A DNA stretch of 64,000 bases from Mobula hypostoma (taxonomy: Eukaryota), in assembly GCF_963921235.1 (NCBI RefSeq), contig NC_086101.1, forward strand, positions 7,070,001 through 7,134,000, written 5' to 3'. This document shows positions 62,096 to 64,000 of this stretch, one piece after another; the stretch's first letter is position 1, and each line of letters begins with the position of its first letter. The notes under the pieces were generated by a model. It saw only the letters and a list, made by a program, of their open reading frames with translations. It had not been told where the DNA came from and did not search any database. The position numbers were made by a program, and so were the translations under genes.

Positions 62096-64000
62096 CTGAA
62101 TCCTGTGTAAAAAGTCTGTACACCCTCCCCGTGTCCTGTGTAAGGACTCTGTACAACCTCCCACTGTCCTGTGAAAGAAGTCTGTACACTCTCCCCTGTG
62201 TCCTGTGTAAGGACTCTGTACACCGTCCCCTGTGTCCAGTGTAAGGAGTCTCTACGCTCTCCCCTGTGTCCTGCGTAACAAGTATGTACACTCTCCCCTG
62301 TGTCCCATGTAAGAAGTCTGTACACTCTCCCCTGTGTCCTGTGTAAGGACTCTGTACACTCTCCCCTGTGTCCTGCGTAAGAAGTATGTACACTCTCCCC
62401 TGTGTCCTGTGTATGGAGTCTGTACACCCTCCACTGTGTCCAGTGTAAGGAGTATGTACACTCTCCCCTGTGTCCTGTGTAAGGAGTCTGTACACTCTCC
62501 CCTGTGTCCTGTATAAGGAGTCTGTACACTCTCCCCTGTGCCCTGTGTAAGGAGTATCTACACTCTCCGCTGTGTCCTCTGTAAGGAGACTGTACAAACT
62601 CCCCTGTGTCATGTGTAAGGACTCTGTAAACTCTCCCCTGTGTCCTGTGTAAGGACTCTGCACACTCTCCCCTATGTCCAGTGTAAGGAGTGTGTACACT
62701 CTCCCTTGTGTCCTGTATATGGAGACTGTACACCCTCCCCTGTGTCCTGTGTAAGAAGTCTGTACACTCTCCCTTGTGTCCTGTTTAAGGAGTCCATTCA
62801 CCCTCCCCTGTGTCCTGTGTGAGGAGTCTGTACACTCTCCCCTGTGTCCTGTGTAAGGAGTATGTACACCCTCTCCTCTGTCCTGTGTAAGCAGTCTGTA
62901 CACTCTCCCTTGTGTCCTGTTTAAGGAGTATGTATACCCTCTCCTCTGTCCTGTGTAAGGAGTCTGTACACACTCCCCTGTGTCCTGTGTAAGGAGTATG
63001 TACACTCTCCTCTGTGTCCTGTGTAAGGAGAATGTACACTTTCCCCTGTGTCCTGTGTAAGGAGAATGTACACTTTCCCCTGTGTCCTGTGTAAGGAGTC
63101 TGTACCCCCTCCCCTGTGTCCTGTGTAAGGAGTCTGTACACCCTCCCTTGTGTCCTGTGTAAGGACTCTGTACACCCTCCCCTGTGTCCTGTATAAGGAG
63201 TCTGTACACCCTCCCTTGTGTCCTGTGTAAGGACTCTGTACACCCTCCCCTGTGCCCCGTGTAAGAAGTCTGTACATTCTCCCCTATGTCCTGGGTAAGG
63301 AGTCTGTGCAATCTCCCCAGTGTCCTGTGTAAGGAGTATATACACTCTCCCCTGTATCCTGTGTACGGAGTCTGTACACTTTCCCCTGTGTCCTGTGTAA
63401 GGAGTCTGTACCCCCTCCCCTGTGTCCTGTGTAAGGAGTCTGTACACCCTCCCTTGTGTCCTGTGTAAGGACTCTGTACACCCTCCCCTGTGTCCTGTAT
63501 AAGGAGTCTGTACACCCTCCCTTGTGTCCTGTGTAAGGACTCTGTACACCCTCCCCTGTGCCCCGTGTAAGAAGTCTGTACATTCTCCCCTATGTCCTGG
63601 GTAAGGAGTCTGTGCAATCTCCCCAGTGTCCTGTGTAAGGAGTATATACACTCTCCCCTGTATCCTGTGTACGGAGTCTGTACACTCTCCCCTCTGTCCT
63701 GTATAAGGAGACTGTACACTGTCCCCTGTGTCCTGTATAAGGAGTCTGTACACTCTCCCCTGTGTCCTGTGTAAGCAGTCTGTACACCCTCCCCTGTGTC
63801 CTGTATAAGGACTCTGTACACCCTCCCCTCTGTCCTGTTTAGGAAGTCTGTACACTCTCCCCTGTGTCCTGTGTAAGGAGTCGGTACACTCTCCCCTGTG
63901 TCCTGTTTAAGGAGTCCATTCACCCTCCCCTGTGTTTTGTCTGAGGAGTCTGTACACTCTCCCCTGTGTCCTGTGTAAGGAGTATGTACACCCTCTCCTC
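62080..64000. repeat. 34-bp minisatellite, ~56 copies, runs off the right edge, with a 306-bp higher-order duplication
   Basis: Unit CTGTACACTCTCCCCTGTGTCCTGTGTAAGGAGT; variant pattern at 63071 recurs at 63377. Confidence 0.97.

Noticed and set aside
61981..63923. Long ORFs of up to 613 aa on the minus strand
   Set aside because: Stop-poor strand of a 34-bp minisatellite, open in several frames

Overview
Repeat-dense vertebrate genomic DNA, most likely a cartilaginous fish (ray/shark). This is inferred from the CR1, Penelope, Rex-Babar and tRNA-SINE repertoire and the TRIM gene style. Host genes: a six-exon RING/B-box/coiled-coil/PRY-SPRY TRIM gene on the minus strand (39368->28646) with an in-frame TGA in exon 3, and the first coding exon of a second, divergently oriented TRIM (60615-61022). 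Mobile DNA: many CR1 LINEs (some nested), Penelope and Rex-Babar fragments, solo LTRs, and a full-length ~4.4 kb Gypsy element with a tRNA-Trp primer site and a -1 frameshift signal. The two minisatellites at the window ends appear to have grown out of retroelement sequence. The main signal is a Tx1-clade LINE that appears to target U1 snRNA genes. Two U1 copies (11263-11387, 47778-47902) are cut at the same nucleotide (U1 39/40) and joined to Tx1 poly(A) tails from two different 3'UTR subfamilies. Other copies sit in U1-like motifs inside older Tx1 elements. One copy looks like an ORF1-retaining 'half-Tx1' whose ORF2 has collapsed in frame to ~26 codons. All alignments were made by eye; no database searches were run.
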